Notes: generated from the letters alone by a model not told the origin. Positions 48,599-58,187 are shown, counted from the stretch's first letter. The stretch: DNA of 64,000 nt from Blautia celeris (GCF_014287615.1 NZ_JACOOU010000010.1:17901-81900); one strand, 5' to 3'. Numbers and translations are program-made.

Positions 48599-49567
48599 AT
48601 GCAGCAGACATCACCTTACGCCATCTGTGCCGAACAGGTGTACAAGCAATATAAAAACGGCGTGCAGGCCCTGTCCGGCCTCAGCCTGACAGTAAAAAGG
48701 GGCGAGATCTTTACCCTTCTTGGGCAGAACGGCGCCGGCAAGTCAACACTCATACGAATTTTGACCACCTTTTTGAAACCCGGTTCCGGAAAGGTATCTG
48801 TTCTGGGCCTGGACCTTAACCGTGACGCGGACCGCATACGGGCAAAAATTGCCTGTGTCTCCCAGCAGACCTCTATTGATATGCATTTGTCTCTCAGAGA
48901 AAATATGATGTTTCAGAGCCGTCTATACCGAATTCCGAAAGCCGCGGCAAAAAAACGCATGGACATGCTGATTGATGCATTTGACCTGACACAATATCTG
49001 AAATATCCCGTCTCCTCCTATTCAGGCGGCATAAAAAGGCGGCTGGACATTGCTCTGAACCTTATGTCAGAACCGGAAGTCCTGTTTCTGGATGAACCTA
49101 CTGTGGGCATGGATATCCAGTCCCGCATGGCTATGTGGAAGATGATGGAGAAGATCCGGGAAGAATTCGGCACCACTGTCTTTCTCACAACACATTATCT
49201 GGAGGAGGCTGACAGTCTGAGTGATACGGTCTGTATCATGAAGGAGGGAAAAGAAGTGGCCCAGGGAACCCCCTTTGCCCTGAGGCAGTATATCAGACAG
49301 GATATGATCCGGATCACCTTTTCTTCCAAATCTGCCGCCGGGGATTCTGTAAAACGGATGTCCGGTCTCTTTCTGCCGGACAGGATCAGAATACAGGACA
49401 ACTGCTGTCTGCTCTTTACGGAAGATATCCGCCGCGATATGGAAACTGCCAATGTGTTTCTGTTAAAGAATCAGATTCCCTTTCTGGGCATTGAGATAAA
49501 ACAGCCGTCCCTGGATGATATTTTTCTGAAACTCACAGAGGACAGCAAACAGGAGGCATGCATATGA
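48599..49567 (+). CDS. ABC transporter ATP-binding protein (ABC-2 exporter type)
   Basis: Walker A (GQNGAGKST), ABC signature (YSGGIKRR) and Walker B (LFLDEPT). Confidence 0.9.
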   Translation: MQQTSPYAICAEQVYKQYKNGVQALSGLSLTVKRGEIFTLLGQNGAGKSTLIRILTTFLKPGSGKVSVLGLDLNRDADRIRAKIACVSQQTSIDMHLSLRENMMFQSRLYRIPKAAAKKRMDMLIDAFDLTQYLKYPVSSYSGGIKRRLDIALNLMSEPEVLFLDEPTVGMDIQSRMAMWKMMEKIREEFGTTVFLTTHYLEEADSLSDTVCIMKEGKEVAQGTPFALRQYIRQDMIRITFSSKSAAGDSVKRMSGLFLPDRIRIQDNCCLLFTEDIRRDMETANVFLLKNQIPFLGIEIKQPSLDDIFLKLTEDSKQEACI

Positions 49568-50319
49568 CAGTCTTTACAATCTTATGGAAAAATATAAAAT
49601 GGCGCTTTCACAACAAGCTCACCATTATCATCACCCTGACGCAGCCAGTTCTCTGGCTGGTATTATACAGCACCGTGGCAGGACAGACCTTGCAGGGGAC
49701 AGAGATAGGAAATTACACGGCATTTATCCTGCCCGGCCTCATGGTGCTGGTCTCCTTCTCTGTGTGCAGCAGCAGCGGAATCATGAATTATATGCTGAAG
49801 GCAGAGGGAAGCTTCTACCGGATTCTCATCGCTCCGGTCCAAAGAACCTCCGTCATACTGGGGCAGATATTGGAAGGTGTTCTCTGCACTTTTTTGGAAG
49901 TCGGCCTTATGGGGCTCATCAGCCTTTTCTTTTCCGTGAGATTTCGTACCGGCATATCAGGCTTCTGCATCATTTTGCTTCTGATCTTTCTGATTGCCTT
50001 TTTCATGTCCGGAATCTGTTACGGCATCAGCCTGATCCTTCCCAATGAAATGGTGTACGAGTCTGTGATGAACGCCATTGTGCTGCCCGTGTTCTTTTTA
50101 AGCTCTGCGCTGTTTCCTGTGGATAGAATCACCGGTATACTGAAAATCCTGGTAAGCGGCAATCCCTTTACCCATGTGATCAACAGCATCCGCTCCATTT
50201 TGCTGGGCAAGGCGGTGTCAGGCCGTGAGTTAGTCCTCACCATATGTCTGCTTCTGCTCATGGGCGGACTGGGATTTTGCTTTGCTGCCGTCAGACTGAA
50301 CAGGGAAACAGATCTGTGA
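49558..50319 (+). CDS. ABC-2 family transporter permease
   Basis: Six TM helices, translationally coupled to the ATPase. Confidence 0.8.
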   Translation: MHMTVFTILWKNIKWRFHNKLTIIITLTQPVLWLVLYSTVAGQTLQGTEIGNYTAFILPGLMVLVSFSVCSSSGIMNYMLKAEGSFYRILIAPVQRTSVILGQILEGVLCTFLEVGLMGLISLFFSVRFRTGISGFCIILLLIFLIAFFMSGICYGISLILPNEMVYESVMNAIVLPVFFLSSALFPVDRITGILKILVSGNPFTHVINSIRSILLGKAVSGRELVLTICLLLLMGGLGFCFAAVRLNRETDL

Positions 50320-50778
50320 TTATTTCTGCCTATTTTTCTCCTGCATGTACCTCTCTATTTCTTCATGCGTCAGCCTCCGCACCTGGGTAAATGGGTACTC
50401 CCGGTATTCTTTCACGGAAAAGACAGGTGACATGGCTTCACATATTTTGTTTCTGTTCTTTTTCAGGTAACTCTGCAGTTCTTCTTCACCGGGGAAAATT
50501 TTATACGAAATTCTTCCCCGGCTGCTCTTTATCTCATAGATGCCGCAAGACTTTTTCATGGCCACATCCGCTGTGCGCAGATAAAGCTTTGCCTGTTCCA
50601 GAGACTGAAAGGGAAAATTCCATCTCTGCAGCCCTCTTCTCAAATCCCGTTCTATACAAATACAGCGCCCGCATGTTCCGCAGATATATTGGGTATGATG
50701 ACTCAGGCAGTCTACGGGATTCAGCAGCGGTGTGATTCGGCTGTTGTCAATATAACATTCTTTGCACATTGTAAACAT
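50320..50778 (-). CDS. hypothetical cysteine-rich protein
   Basis: 152 aa with CKEC...C...CGTCGRCIC. The stop codon directly abuts the convergent ABC-2 permease stop. Confidence 0.45.
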   Translation of the reverse strand: MFTMCKECYIDNSRITPLLNPVDCLSHHTQYICGTCGRCICIERDLRRGLQRWNFPFQSLEQAKLYLRTADVAMKKSCGIYEIKSSRGRISYKIFPGEEELQSYLKKNRNKICEAMSPVFSVKEYREYPFTQVRRLTHEEIERYMQEKNRQK

Positions 50779-50954
50779 GTCCCTCCCCTTTTTACTTCAG
50801 TTTCTCTTTTTAATAAGTATAAACGATGACATTATGTGAGAGTCAAGGCCGTATATTCCTGTTCTTACATCCATTTTCATGCTGCACCTGTCAGGATAAA
50901 TGCGGCCGTAATTGCCACCTGTCTTCTGATTGCTGCCCTGCTGCTTCAAAATAA

Positions 50955-50983
50955 TTGACACTTATGTACCAAATGTTTAAAAT
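50955..50983 (+). promoter_or_regulatory. sigmaA-type promoter (TTGACA-17-TAAAAT) for the GNAT gene
   Basis: Consensus -35 at 50955-50960, a 17-nt spacer, and a -10 at 50978-50983. Confidence 0.5.
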
Positions 50984-51028
50984 AGAGTAATCAATCCATA
51001 ATCCATTACAGCCAAAAGGAGTTATCCC

Positions 51029-51487
51029 ATGATAATTAAAATAGAAAAAGCATGCCGCAGCGACGCTAAAAGGCTTGCCGAAGTTTATAATATGAGTTTT
51101 TACAGCGACTATTTAAAGTACGGGGAATGCCCGGGATATAACAAAACAGAAAATGACATTCTGGATAACTTACAAAAACGTGATGTATATAAGATAATCG
51201 CTGATGGCGCCATTGTTGGCGCAGTCTCTGTCAGGCCGGATGGGGATGAGTCCTACTATCTTGGCGCTCTCTGTGTCATACCCAAATACGCCAACAAAGG
51301 CATTGGACAGACAGCCATGCGTTTTCTTGATAAAAAATATCCCAACGCCAGACACTGGGCGTTGGAGACACCTTCCGATAAAACACAGAATCACTATTTT
51401 TATAAAAAATTCAATTTCAAAATAACAAAAGAATATATGTCCGGAGGTATTGCTATCTCTTTCTTTGAACGCAGCATACAACCCTGA
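51029..51487 (+). CDS. GNAT-family N-acetyltransferase
   Basis: GNAT motif A region (VIPKYANKGIGQTAMRFL). Confidence 0.82.
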   Translation: MIIKIEKACRSDAKRLAEVYNMSFYSDYLKYGECPGYNKTENDILDNLQKRDVYKIIADGAIVGAVSVRPDGDESYYLGALCVIPKYANKGIGQTAMRFLDKKYPNARHWALETPSDKTQNHYFYKKFNFKITKEYMSGGIAISFFERSIQP

Positions 51488-51502
51488 TTTTCTTTGGCGG
51501 AC

Positions 51503-51540
51503 GAAAAAAGGGGACTGCTTTCCGACAGCCCCCTTCTTTC
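51503..51540. terminator. bidirectional rho-independent terminator
   Basis: AAAAAAGGGGACTG ... CAGCCCCCTTCTTT between the convergent GNAT and uracil-permease genes. Confidence 0.6.
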
Positions 51541-51550
51541 ATCTCTTCTC

Positions 51551-52813
51551 TTACTCTTCTTCCAAATCATTGGTCAGTTTAAATCTGTCCAGTACATAAA
51601 ACAGCAGGCTTAAAAGCATACCCACTACACAGGCCAAAACCATACCCTTCAATTCAATCTGTCCAAATTTCACCGAAATTCCCGACAACCCGGTCACAAA
51701 AATAACCGAGGTCAGTGCCAGGTTCCTGGAACGTCCGTAATCCACGCGTCCGTCCACCAGAATACGGATACCGGAAGTACCGATCATACCATACAGAAGG
51801 AAGGAGATTCCCCCGATGACCGGTCCCGGAATGGTACTGATAAGGGCTGACAATTTACCTACAAAAGAGCAGATAATCGAAAGCACCGCTGCCCCGCCGA
51901 TCACATACACACTGTAAACCCTTGTCACAGCCATAACCCCAATATTCTCTCCGTAAGTGGTAGTCGGCACAGAACCGATAAACCCGGAGATCATAGTAGA
52001 AAAATTATCCGCAAAAAGAGAACGGTGCAGACCCGGATCCTTGATCAGGTCCCTTCCTACAATCTTCCCTGTTACGATCTGATGTCCAATATGCTCTGAG
52101 GCGATGACCAGAATAACCGGCAGAATGATCAGGATTGCCTGCAGATTAAATTTCGGCGCAGAGAAATTCGGCAGTGCAAAAATTGAGGCATTCGCCACCT
52201 CCGTAAAATCCACGATCCCGCAGAGAAGTGCTGCCGCATATCCTGCCAGAATAGCGATCAGAATAGGAATCACGGACAAAAATTTCCGAAACACCACCGA
52301 CCCGATCACAGCGACACCAAGCGTCACCAAAAACACAATGGCATTCTTCGGATTGACCACCTCATCCAGCATCCCCGCATTACTGGCCGCCGTAGAAGAA
52401 AGCTCCAGACCGATAAGCGCCACAACCGGCCCCATAGCTGCCGGAGGAAGCACAATATCGATCCAATCCGACCCAAACTTATAAATAATGAAAGACAGGA
52501 TGCACCCCAAAAATCCCACTGCCACGAACCCGCCAAGCGCATAGGCATATCCAAACTTACTGATCACAATACTGGCCGGCGCAATAAAAGCAAAACTGGA
52601 CCCCAGATAGGCCGGCGCCTTCCCCTTAGTGATCAGTATAAACAACAGCGTCCCCACACCGTTCATAAACAGAACCACCGCCGGATTGATTCCAAACAAA
52701 AACGGAACCAACACAGACGCCCCGAACATGGCAAACATATGCTGAATACTGAGCGGTATCAGAAGCTTTGGCGGAACTTTCTCTTCCACCTGGATAATTC
52801 TTCGATTTTCCAC
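51551..52813 (-). CDS. pyrP: uracil permease (NCS2 family)
   Basis: 420 aa, 12-14 TM segments, with NCS2 signature regions. Probable GTG start with a GAGAGGAG RBS. Confidence 0.88.
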   Translation of the reverse strand: MENRRIIQVEEKVPPKLLIPLSIQHMFAMFGASVLVPFLFGINPAVVLFMNGVGTLLFILITKGKAPAYLGSSFAFIAPASIVISKFGYAYALGGFVAVGFLGCILSFIIYKFGSDWIDIVLPPAAMGPVVALIGLELSSTAASNAGMLDEVVNPKNAIVFLVTLGVAVIGSVVFRKFLSVIPILIAILAGYAAALLCGIVDFTEVANASIFALPNFSAPKFNLQAILIILPVILVIASEHIGHQIVTGKIVGRDLIKDPGLHRSLFADNFSTMISGFIGSVPTTTYGENIGVMAVTRVYSVYVIGGAAVLSIICSFVGKLSALISTIPGPVIGGISFLLYGMIGTSGIRILVDGRVDYGRSRNLALTSVIFVTGLSGISVKFGQIELKGMVLACVVGMLLSLLFYVLDRFKLTNDLEEE

Positions 52814-53042
52814 AATATTTCTCCTCTCTAAATTCCTTTTCGGTTTATTTTAACACAATAAGCTACAATCTTCCATACAAAAATCGCCGTTTTTCCTTTC
52901 TTTCATCCTCCCCTGTCCCCAGAACATTCCGTGCCAAGTAATATGATTTACGCAGTACCGATATGGTACATTCTGCTTCATACCATGGCTGGCTGCCTTG
53001 CTTTTTCATGTCTGCAGAATGAAAACACCTGGTGATATACAG

Positions 53043-53560
53043 AACCGGCACATATTATGACTGCAGATTTTCTTTATTTTACAGTTGGTAACAAAGGATG
53101 AACACAGATTTTTCCTGCTTTACAGATAATTGGAAAAAGATGTTTAGCTTTCGTTGGTAGTTTTTAGATGCCTCGTCATGGTTTTTCCTCTCTTTACGGA
53201 TAATTTGAAAGTAGCATTTGACTTTTGTAGGTAATTTTAAGATGTTTCGCCGTGGTTTTTCCTCTCTTTACAGATAATTTGAAAGTAGCATTTGGCTTTT
53301 GTAGGTAATTTTAAGGTGTTTCGCCGTGGTTTTTCCTCTCTTTACAGATAATTTGAAAGCATCATTTGGCTTTTGTAGGTAATTTTAAGGTGTTTCGCCG
53401 TGGTTTTTCTTCTCTTTACGGATAATTTGAAATCCCCTCTTACCTTTCGTATGTAATCCAAGAAATTTTCACCGCTAACTCACCTATTTTTACATATAAT
53501 TCAAGAAAAATCTTTAGAATCCATACGTAAATCCAAAATTTTCAAACTAACAGACCTCAT
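53043..53560. repeat. tandem array of a 74-bp repeat, about 7 units (three near-identical central copies, degenerate flanks)
   Basis: Units start at 53117, 53191, 53265, 53339 and 53413, giving an exact 74-bp period. The unit is TCTTTACAGATAATTTGAAAGTAGCATTTGGCTTTTGTAGGTAATTTTAAGGTGTTTCGCCGTGGTTTTTCCTC, which holds two related sub-motifs (TTTACAGATAATTTGAAAG and TTTGTAGGTAATTTTAAGG) 37 bp apart. Confidence 0.85.
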
Positions 53561-53607
53561 TATTACCCAAATAATATCTAATCCATAAGTCTGCCCTGAG
53601 AAAACCA

Positions 53608-53828
53608 GGGATGAGGCGGTGTGCAGCCGGGGACGGCGGGCGGGGGTCTGTTTGTGTCAGCGAGGTTAAGTGGAAGGGTCTGTGAAATCCACCTCCTACG
53701 GAAACTTCGGCGCGAGCCCTCCGGCGAGCGTCTTAGTTGCAGTTGGAGGTTAGTTCACAGTCCTGGAACGTCGAGCGGACACAAACAGACCCCCGCCCGC
53801 CGTCCCCGGCTGCACACCGCCTCATCCC
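53608..53828. repeat. 221-bp GC-rich hairpin element with perfect 51-bp inverted arms around a 119-bp core
   Basis: The arm at 53608-53658 is the exact reverse complement of 53778-53828 (GGGATGAGGCGGTGTGCAGCCGGGGACGGCGGGCGGGGGTCTGTTTGTGTC). The arms are about 73% GC. The core is itself an imperfect palindrome. Confidence 0.85.
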
Positions 53829-53892
53829 GTCCCCTTTGCCACAAAAAAAAGAGCCCGCATGCAACTTCCACACAGACTCTTTTCCCCTATCT

Positions 53893-55308
53893 CTATTTCA
53901 TTTCCAGTTCAAACCCAAAATAACGCACCGCATTATTATAAGAAATCCCCTTCACAATCCTCTCCAGCATCTTCATATCCTTAGGATACTCTCCATTTTC
54001 CACCCAATTACCGATCATCTCACAAAGTATCCTTCTAAAATACTCATGCCTCGGATAAGAAAGAAAACTTCTGGAATCCGTCAGCATTCCGATAAAGTTC
54101 CCCAGCAGACCTAAGTTTGCAAGAGATGTCATCTGCTTTGTCATCCCTGTCTTATGGTCATTGAACCACCATGCAGACCCCTGCTGAATCTTTCCCACAG
54201 CATCTGAATTCTGGAAACACCCGATGATTGTTCCAATTGCCTCATCATCATTGGGATTCAAACTGTAAATCACCGTTTTCGGAAGATTTCCCTCTGCATT
54301 CAGCGCATTTAAATAATCTGCGATCTGACCTGACGGCGCATAATTATTGATACAGTCATACCCTGTATCCGGCCCCAGTTTTTCAAACATATCCGTATTA
54401 TTATCACGCTTACATCCATAGTGGAGCTGCATAGCCCAGCCCATCTTCGCATATTCCCCGGCAACAAAAAGCATGAACGCTGTCTTAAACTTCAGCTCTT
54501 CCTCCCTGGTAACCGTCTCCTCATTCAACCGCTTCTGGAAGACAGCCTCAACCTCCTCATCAGAAGCCGGAACATACATGACATACTCCAGCCCATGATC
54601 TGACGCCCGGCAGCCCATCTCATTGAAAAATGCCATTCTGGACTTCAGCGCTGCTTTCAAGTCCTCAAAAGACTGGATATCCATATTAGCCGCCTCTGCC
54701 AGTGTCTCCAGATACTGACCGTAATCCGGTTTTTCCAGATTCATGGCCTTATCCGGTCTCCATGCAGGAAGTACCTGTACCGGGAAACTCTCATCTTCTG
54801 CCAGCATTTTGTGCCATTTCAGGTCATCTGCCGGATCGTCGGTGGTGCAGATCAGCGTAACATTTGACTGGAGGATCAGATTTCTTGCACTCATGGAAGC
54901 CTCCTGAAGCTTTGCATTACACAAATTCCATACTTCCTCCGCAGTATCCCCGTTTAACACACCTGTATATCCGAAATACCGCTGCAGCTCCAGATGACTC
55001 CAGTGAAACAGAGGATTGCCGATGGCTTTCTCCAGTGTCTCCGCCCATTTCTGGAATTTTTCTCTGTCCGGTGCGTCTCCGGTGATATAACGCTCCTCCA
55101 CACCATTGGAACGCATCTGGCGCCATTTGTAATGGTCTCCGCCCAGCCATACCTGTGTGATGTTCTCAAACTTTCTGTCCTCTGCGATCTCCTGCGGATT
55201 GATGTGGCAGTGGTAGTCAAGAACCGGCACCTTTGCCGCAAAGTCATGATATAATTCCTGTGCGGTGGGGGTGCTCAATAGAAAATCTTTGTCCATAAAC
55301 TGTTTCAT
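53893..55308 (-). CDS. uxaC: glucuronate isomerase
   Basis: 471-aa UxaC family protein (VLDYHCHINPQEIAEDRKFENITQVWLGGDHYKWR). Confidence 0.93.
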   Translation of the reverse strand: MKQFMDKDFLLSTPTAQELYHDFAAKVPVLDYHCHINPQEIAEDRKFENITQVWLGGDHYKWRQMRSNGVEERYITGDAPDREKFQKWAETLEKAIGNPLFHWSHLELQRYFGYTGVLNGDTAEEVWNLCNAKLQEASMSARNLILQSNVTLICTTDDPADDLKWHKMLAEDESFPVQVLPAWRPDKAMNLEKPDYGQYLETLAEAANMDIQSFEDLKAALKSRMAFFNEMGCRASDHGLEYVMYVPASDEEVEAVFQKRLNEETVTREEELKFKTAFMLFVAGEYAKMGWAMQLHYGCKRDNNTDMFEKLGPDTGYDCINNYAPSGQIADYLNALNAEGNLPKTVIYSLNPNDDEAIGTIIGCFQNSDAVGKIQQGSAWWFNDHKTGMTKQMTSLANLGLLGNFIGMLTDSRSFLSYPRHEYFRRILCEMIGNWVENGEYPKDMKMLERIVKGISYNNAVRYFGFELEMK

Positions 55309-55329
55309 AAAACATTACCTCCTTTTATT

Positions 55330-56637
55330 TTACACATATCCCATCAGACTTGGCAGCCAGAGACTGAGCTGCGGGATATAAGTTACCAGCATAAGTACAA
55401 CGAAGATCGCTGCAAAATAGATCAAAAGCTGTCTGAACACCGTCTCTATCTTCACCTTTCCCACCTTGACGCCCACAAACAGTGTGGTGCCCACAGGCGG
55501 TGTGATGGTTCCGATACAGAGGTTGAAGATCAGCATGATACCAAAATGGATAGGATTCATGCCAAGCGCCGTACACACCGGAAGGAAAATCGGTGTGAAG
55601 ATCAGGCAGGCAGGTGTCATATCCATGAAAGTTCCTACAATCAGCAGAATCACATTGATCAGCAGGAAGATAACGATCTTGTTGCTGCTGATGGCCAGCA
55701 AACCATTGGAAACGGCTGTGGGGATATTGGTAAATGCCATAACCCATGACATAATACTGGAAACACCGATCAGGAAAATAATAATACCTGTCATCTCAGC
55801 GCTTTCCTTGAAAATCTTGGGCAAGTCCTTCAAGCTGATGGAACGGTAAAAGAACAGAGATAAAACAAGACTATATACAACCGCCACCACAGACCCCTCT
55901 GTGGCTGTGAAGATACCGCCGATGATACCGCCGATCACAATAATGATAAGCAGCAGACACGGCAGAGCCTGTAAAACAATTTTCATAGCTTCTTTAAATG
56001 TAAATTTTGTTTTTGCCCGGTATCCTTTTTTCTTTGCAATGAAATAGATCACCAGCATACATGCCAGTCCCCACAAAATCCCGGGTATGTAGCCCGCCAT
56101 AAAGAGCGCTGCCACAGAAGTCCCGCCGCTGACCAGGGAGAAGGTGATCATAACATTGCTTGGCGGAATCAAAAGCCCGGTTGGGGCAGTGGCAATATTG
56201 GCAGCCGCGGAGAAGTTAGGGTCATATCCCTCATCCTTCTCAATCGGGCCGATGATGGACCCCATGGCTGAGGCTGCCGCTGTACCGGAACCGGAGATGG
56301 CTCCGAAAAGCATGTTTGCAATGACATTTGTCTGGGCCAGCGCACCGGGTGCACGTCCTGTGATGAGCTTTGCCAGATTGATCAGACGGACCGCGATGCC
56401 GCCCTTATTCATGATATTTCCGGCCAGAATGAAAAACGGTATGGCAAGAAGACTGAACACGGAAATACCGGAAAAAATCCTCTGCGCGCCGGTGAGAACC
56501 GCAACACTTGTATCCATAACCGGCAGAATGGCGCATACGGAAGAGATTCCCAGCGCTACTGCAATGGGCACACCTGCCAGCAGCATGATGACCAGCAGAA
56601 CCAATATGATCAATCCTGAAACTAATGCTGTATTCAT
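55330..56637 (-). CDS. dctM: TRAP transporter large permease
   Basis: 435 aa, about 12 TM segments, DctM family. Confidence 0.9.
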   Translation of the reverse strand: MNTALVSGLIILVLLVIMLLAGVPIAVALGISSVCAILPVMDTSVAVLTGAQRIFSGISVFSLLAIPFFILAGNIMNKGGIAVRLINLAKLITGRAPGALAQTNVIANMLFGAISGSGTAAASAMGSIIGPIEKDEGYDPNFSAAANIATAPTGLLIPPSNVMITFSLVSGGTSVAALFMAGYIPGILWGLACMLVIYFIAKKKGYRAKTKFTFKEAMKIVLQALPCLLLIIIVIGGIIGGIFTATEGSVVAVVYSLVLSLFFYRSISLKDLPKIFKESAEMTGIIIFLIGVSSIMSWVMAFTNIPTAVSNGLLAISSNKIVIFLLINVILLIVGTFMDMTPACLIFTPIFLPVCTALGMNPIHFGIMLIFNLCIGTITPPVGTTLFVGVKVGKVKIETVFRQLLIYFAAIFVVLMLVTYIPQLSLWLPSLMGYV

Positions 56638-56660
56638 AATCGAAACTCCTTTTCCTCAGA

Positions 56661-57164
56661 TTATTCTTTCACTTCCCGGTGCTCCTGCTCATATCCACTG
56701 CACAGATCCACAATATTGAAAATGGAGTACAGAACAATGAGCACGCCGGAAAGCGGTACGACCGTGTAGATGATACCCATGGGGATTCCCAGGGAAGCCG
56801 TCTTCTGGGTCATGGTAAGGTTCATGATCGTAGCTCCGCCGTAAATCATAACACTTCCGGCCAGGATCATAATCAGGATTTCGATTACGATCTCCAGGAC
56901 TTTTCTTTTTGTCCCTGTGATCTTATCTGCTAAAAATCCCATACGCATATGGTCTCTTTTACCAAACACATAAGCGGAGGCAAGCAGCGCCATCCAGGTA
57001 AAGCTGTAGGTTAGAAGCTCCTCGGAAACGGTGCTGGGACTGTTGAAGAAGTAACGGATCACGATTTGATAGGTTCCGATGCATACCATAAACGCAAAAA
57101 TAACAGCACAGGCAGAGCTTAAGATCGTATTGATAACTTTTCGGATTGAGTGTAAGGCTTTCAT
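56661..57164 (-). CDS. dctQ: TRAP transporter small permease
   Basis: 167 aa, 4 TM segments, positioned between dctP and dctM. Confidence 0.85.
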   Translation of the reverse strand: MKALHSIRKVINTILSSACAVIFAFMVCIGTYQIVIRYFFNSPSTVSEELLTYSFTWMALLASAYVFGKRDHMRMGFLADKITGTKRKVLEIVIEILIMILAGSVMIYGGATIMNLTMTQKTASLGIPMGIIYTVVPLSGVLIVLYSIFNIVDLCSGYEQEHREVKE

Positions 57165-58187
57165 TTACTCTTCCTCCTTTGCGTATTTCTCATTGATTTT
57201 CTGGATATGGTCATACAATTCCTGAATGTCCGGGTTATCATCCAGCATATCCTGCTGCACATTGGACACCTTGTCCTTAAATGCCTGCACATCCACGTCA
57301 ATGAACTCCACACCCATCTGGTTCTGCGCAATATCTTTTGCCTCTTCCACCTGCTTGTCCCACTCTTCCATCTCCACCTCTGTGGACAGAAGGGCAGCCT
57401 GTTCAAATACTTCACGTTCTTCACTGCTCAGTCCGTTTAAAAATTTCAGGTTTCCGATCAGCATATCCGGCACCATCTGGTGCTTGTTGTAAGAGTAGTA
57501 TTTTGCCACTTCCCCGTGTTTGTTATTGGTAAGGGCAAGCTCATTGTTCTCCGCACCGTCAATGACACCCTGCTGTATGGCGGTGTAAACCTCGCCGAAA
57601 CTCATAGGGGAGGCAGCCGCGCCGAAAGCTTTTACCATGTTTACACTGGCCGGACTCTGCTGTACACGGATTTTCAGGCCCTTTAGATCCTCCGGTGTAT
57701 GAATCGGTTTTTTTGCGTAAAAGCTTCTGGTTCCCGCATTGTACCAGGTCAGTACCCGGAAACCTGCCTCGTCCGTGGACGCATATACCTGATTCATATA
57801 GTCCGTATCGCCCATCACCTCATGATAGGCTTCCTCGGAAGTAAACAGATACGGCATGCTGAACACCTCATATATATCTGCAAAAGTCTCCAGGTTGGCT
57901 GTGCCCGCCACAACAAAGTCAATGGCTCCTGTCTGCGTCAGCTCTATGGCCTTCTGTGCGGAACCCAGTATCTCATTTGGAAAAATCTGAACCTCATATT
58001 TGTCTCCCAGATTCTCCTCCACATATTCCTTAAATTTTAAAAGTCCCAGATGCTCCGGATGTGTCTCAGACTGGGCATGGGAAATCCGAACGATTCTCTT
58101 CTCACTTTTAATGGAAGAACAGCCGCCAAGTCCCAGAACTGCAGTGACACATAAAGCAAGTATAAAGGCTTTCTTTAATCCTCTCAT
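57165..58187 (-). CDS. dctP: TRAP transporter substrate-binding lipoprotein
   Basis: Lipobox LGGC and a DctP-family fold. Substrate is probably a hexuronate, given the flanking uxa genes. Confidence 0.88.
   Translation of the reverse strand: MRGLKKAFILALCVTAVLGLGGCSSIKSEKRIVRISHAQSETHPEHLGLLKFKEYVEENLGDKYEVQIFPNEILGSAQKAIELTQTGAIDFVVAGTANLETFADIYEVFSMPYLFTSEEAYHEVMGDTDYMNQVYASTDEAGFRVLTWYNAGTRSFYAKKPIHTPEDLKGLKIRVQQSPASVNMVKAFGAAASPMSFGEVYTAIQQGVIDGAENNELALTNNKHGEVAKYYSYNKHQMVPDMLIGNLKFLNGLSSEEREVFEQAALLSTEVEMEEWDKQVEEAKDIAQNQMGVEFIDVDVQAFKDKVSNVQQDMLDDNPDIQELYDHIQKINEKYAKEEE

Noticed and set aside
52814-53042. PyrR-dependent attenuator in the uracil permease leader
   Set aside because: Alternative hairpins exist (ATGGTA/TACCAT and GTACC/GGTAC). 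However, the conserved PyrR-binding loop UCCAGAGAGGCU is absent and no U-run follows, so no attenuator is called.
53043-53560. Possible CRISPR array, given the regular roughly 74-bp periodicity
   Set aside because: Entire units are conserved, including what would have to be spacers. There is no unique spacer sequence, and no cas genes lie nearby. It is a tandem satellite-like repeat.
53608-53828. Retron msr/msd or an integron attC-type hairpin
   Set aside because: There is no reverse transcriptase or integrase gene in the vicinity. The stem is far longer and more perfect than msd or attC structures.
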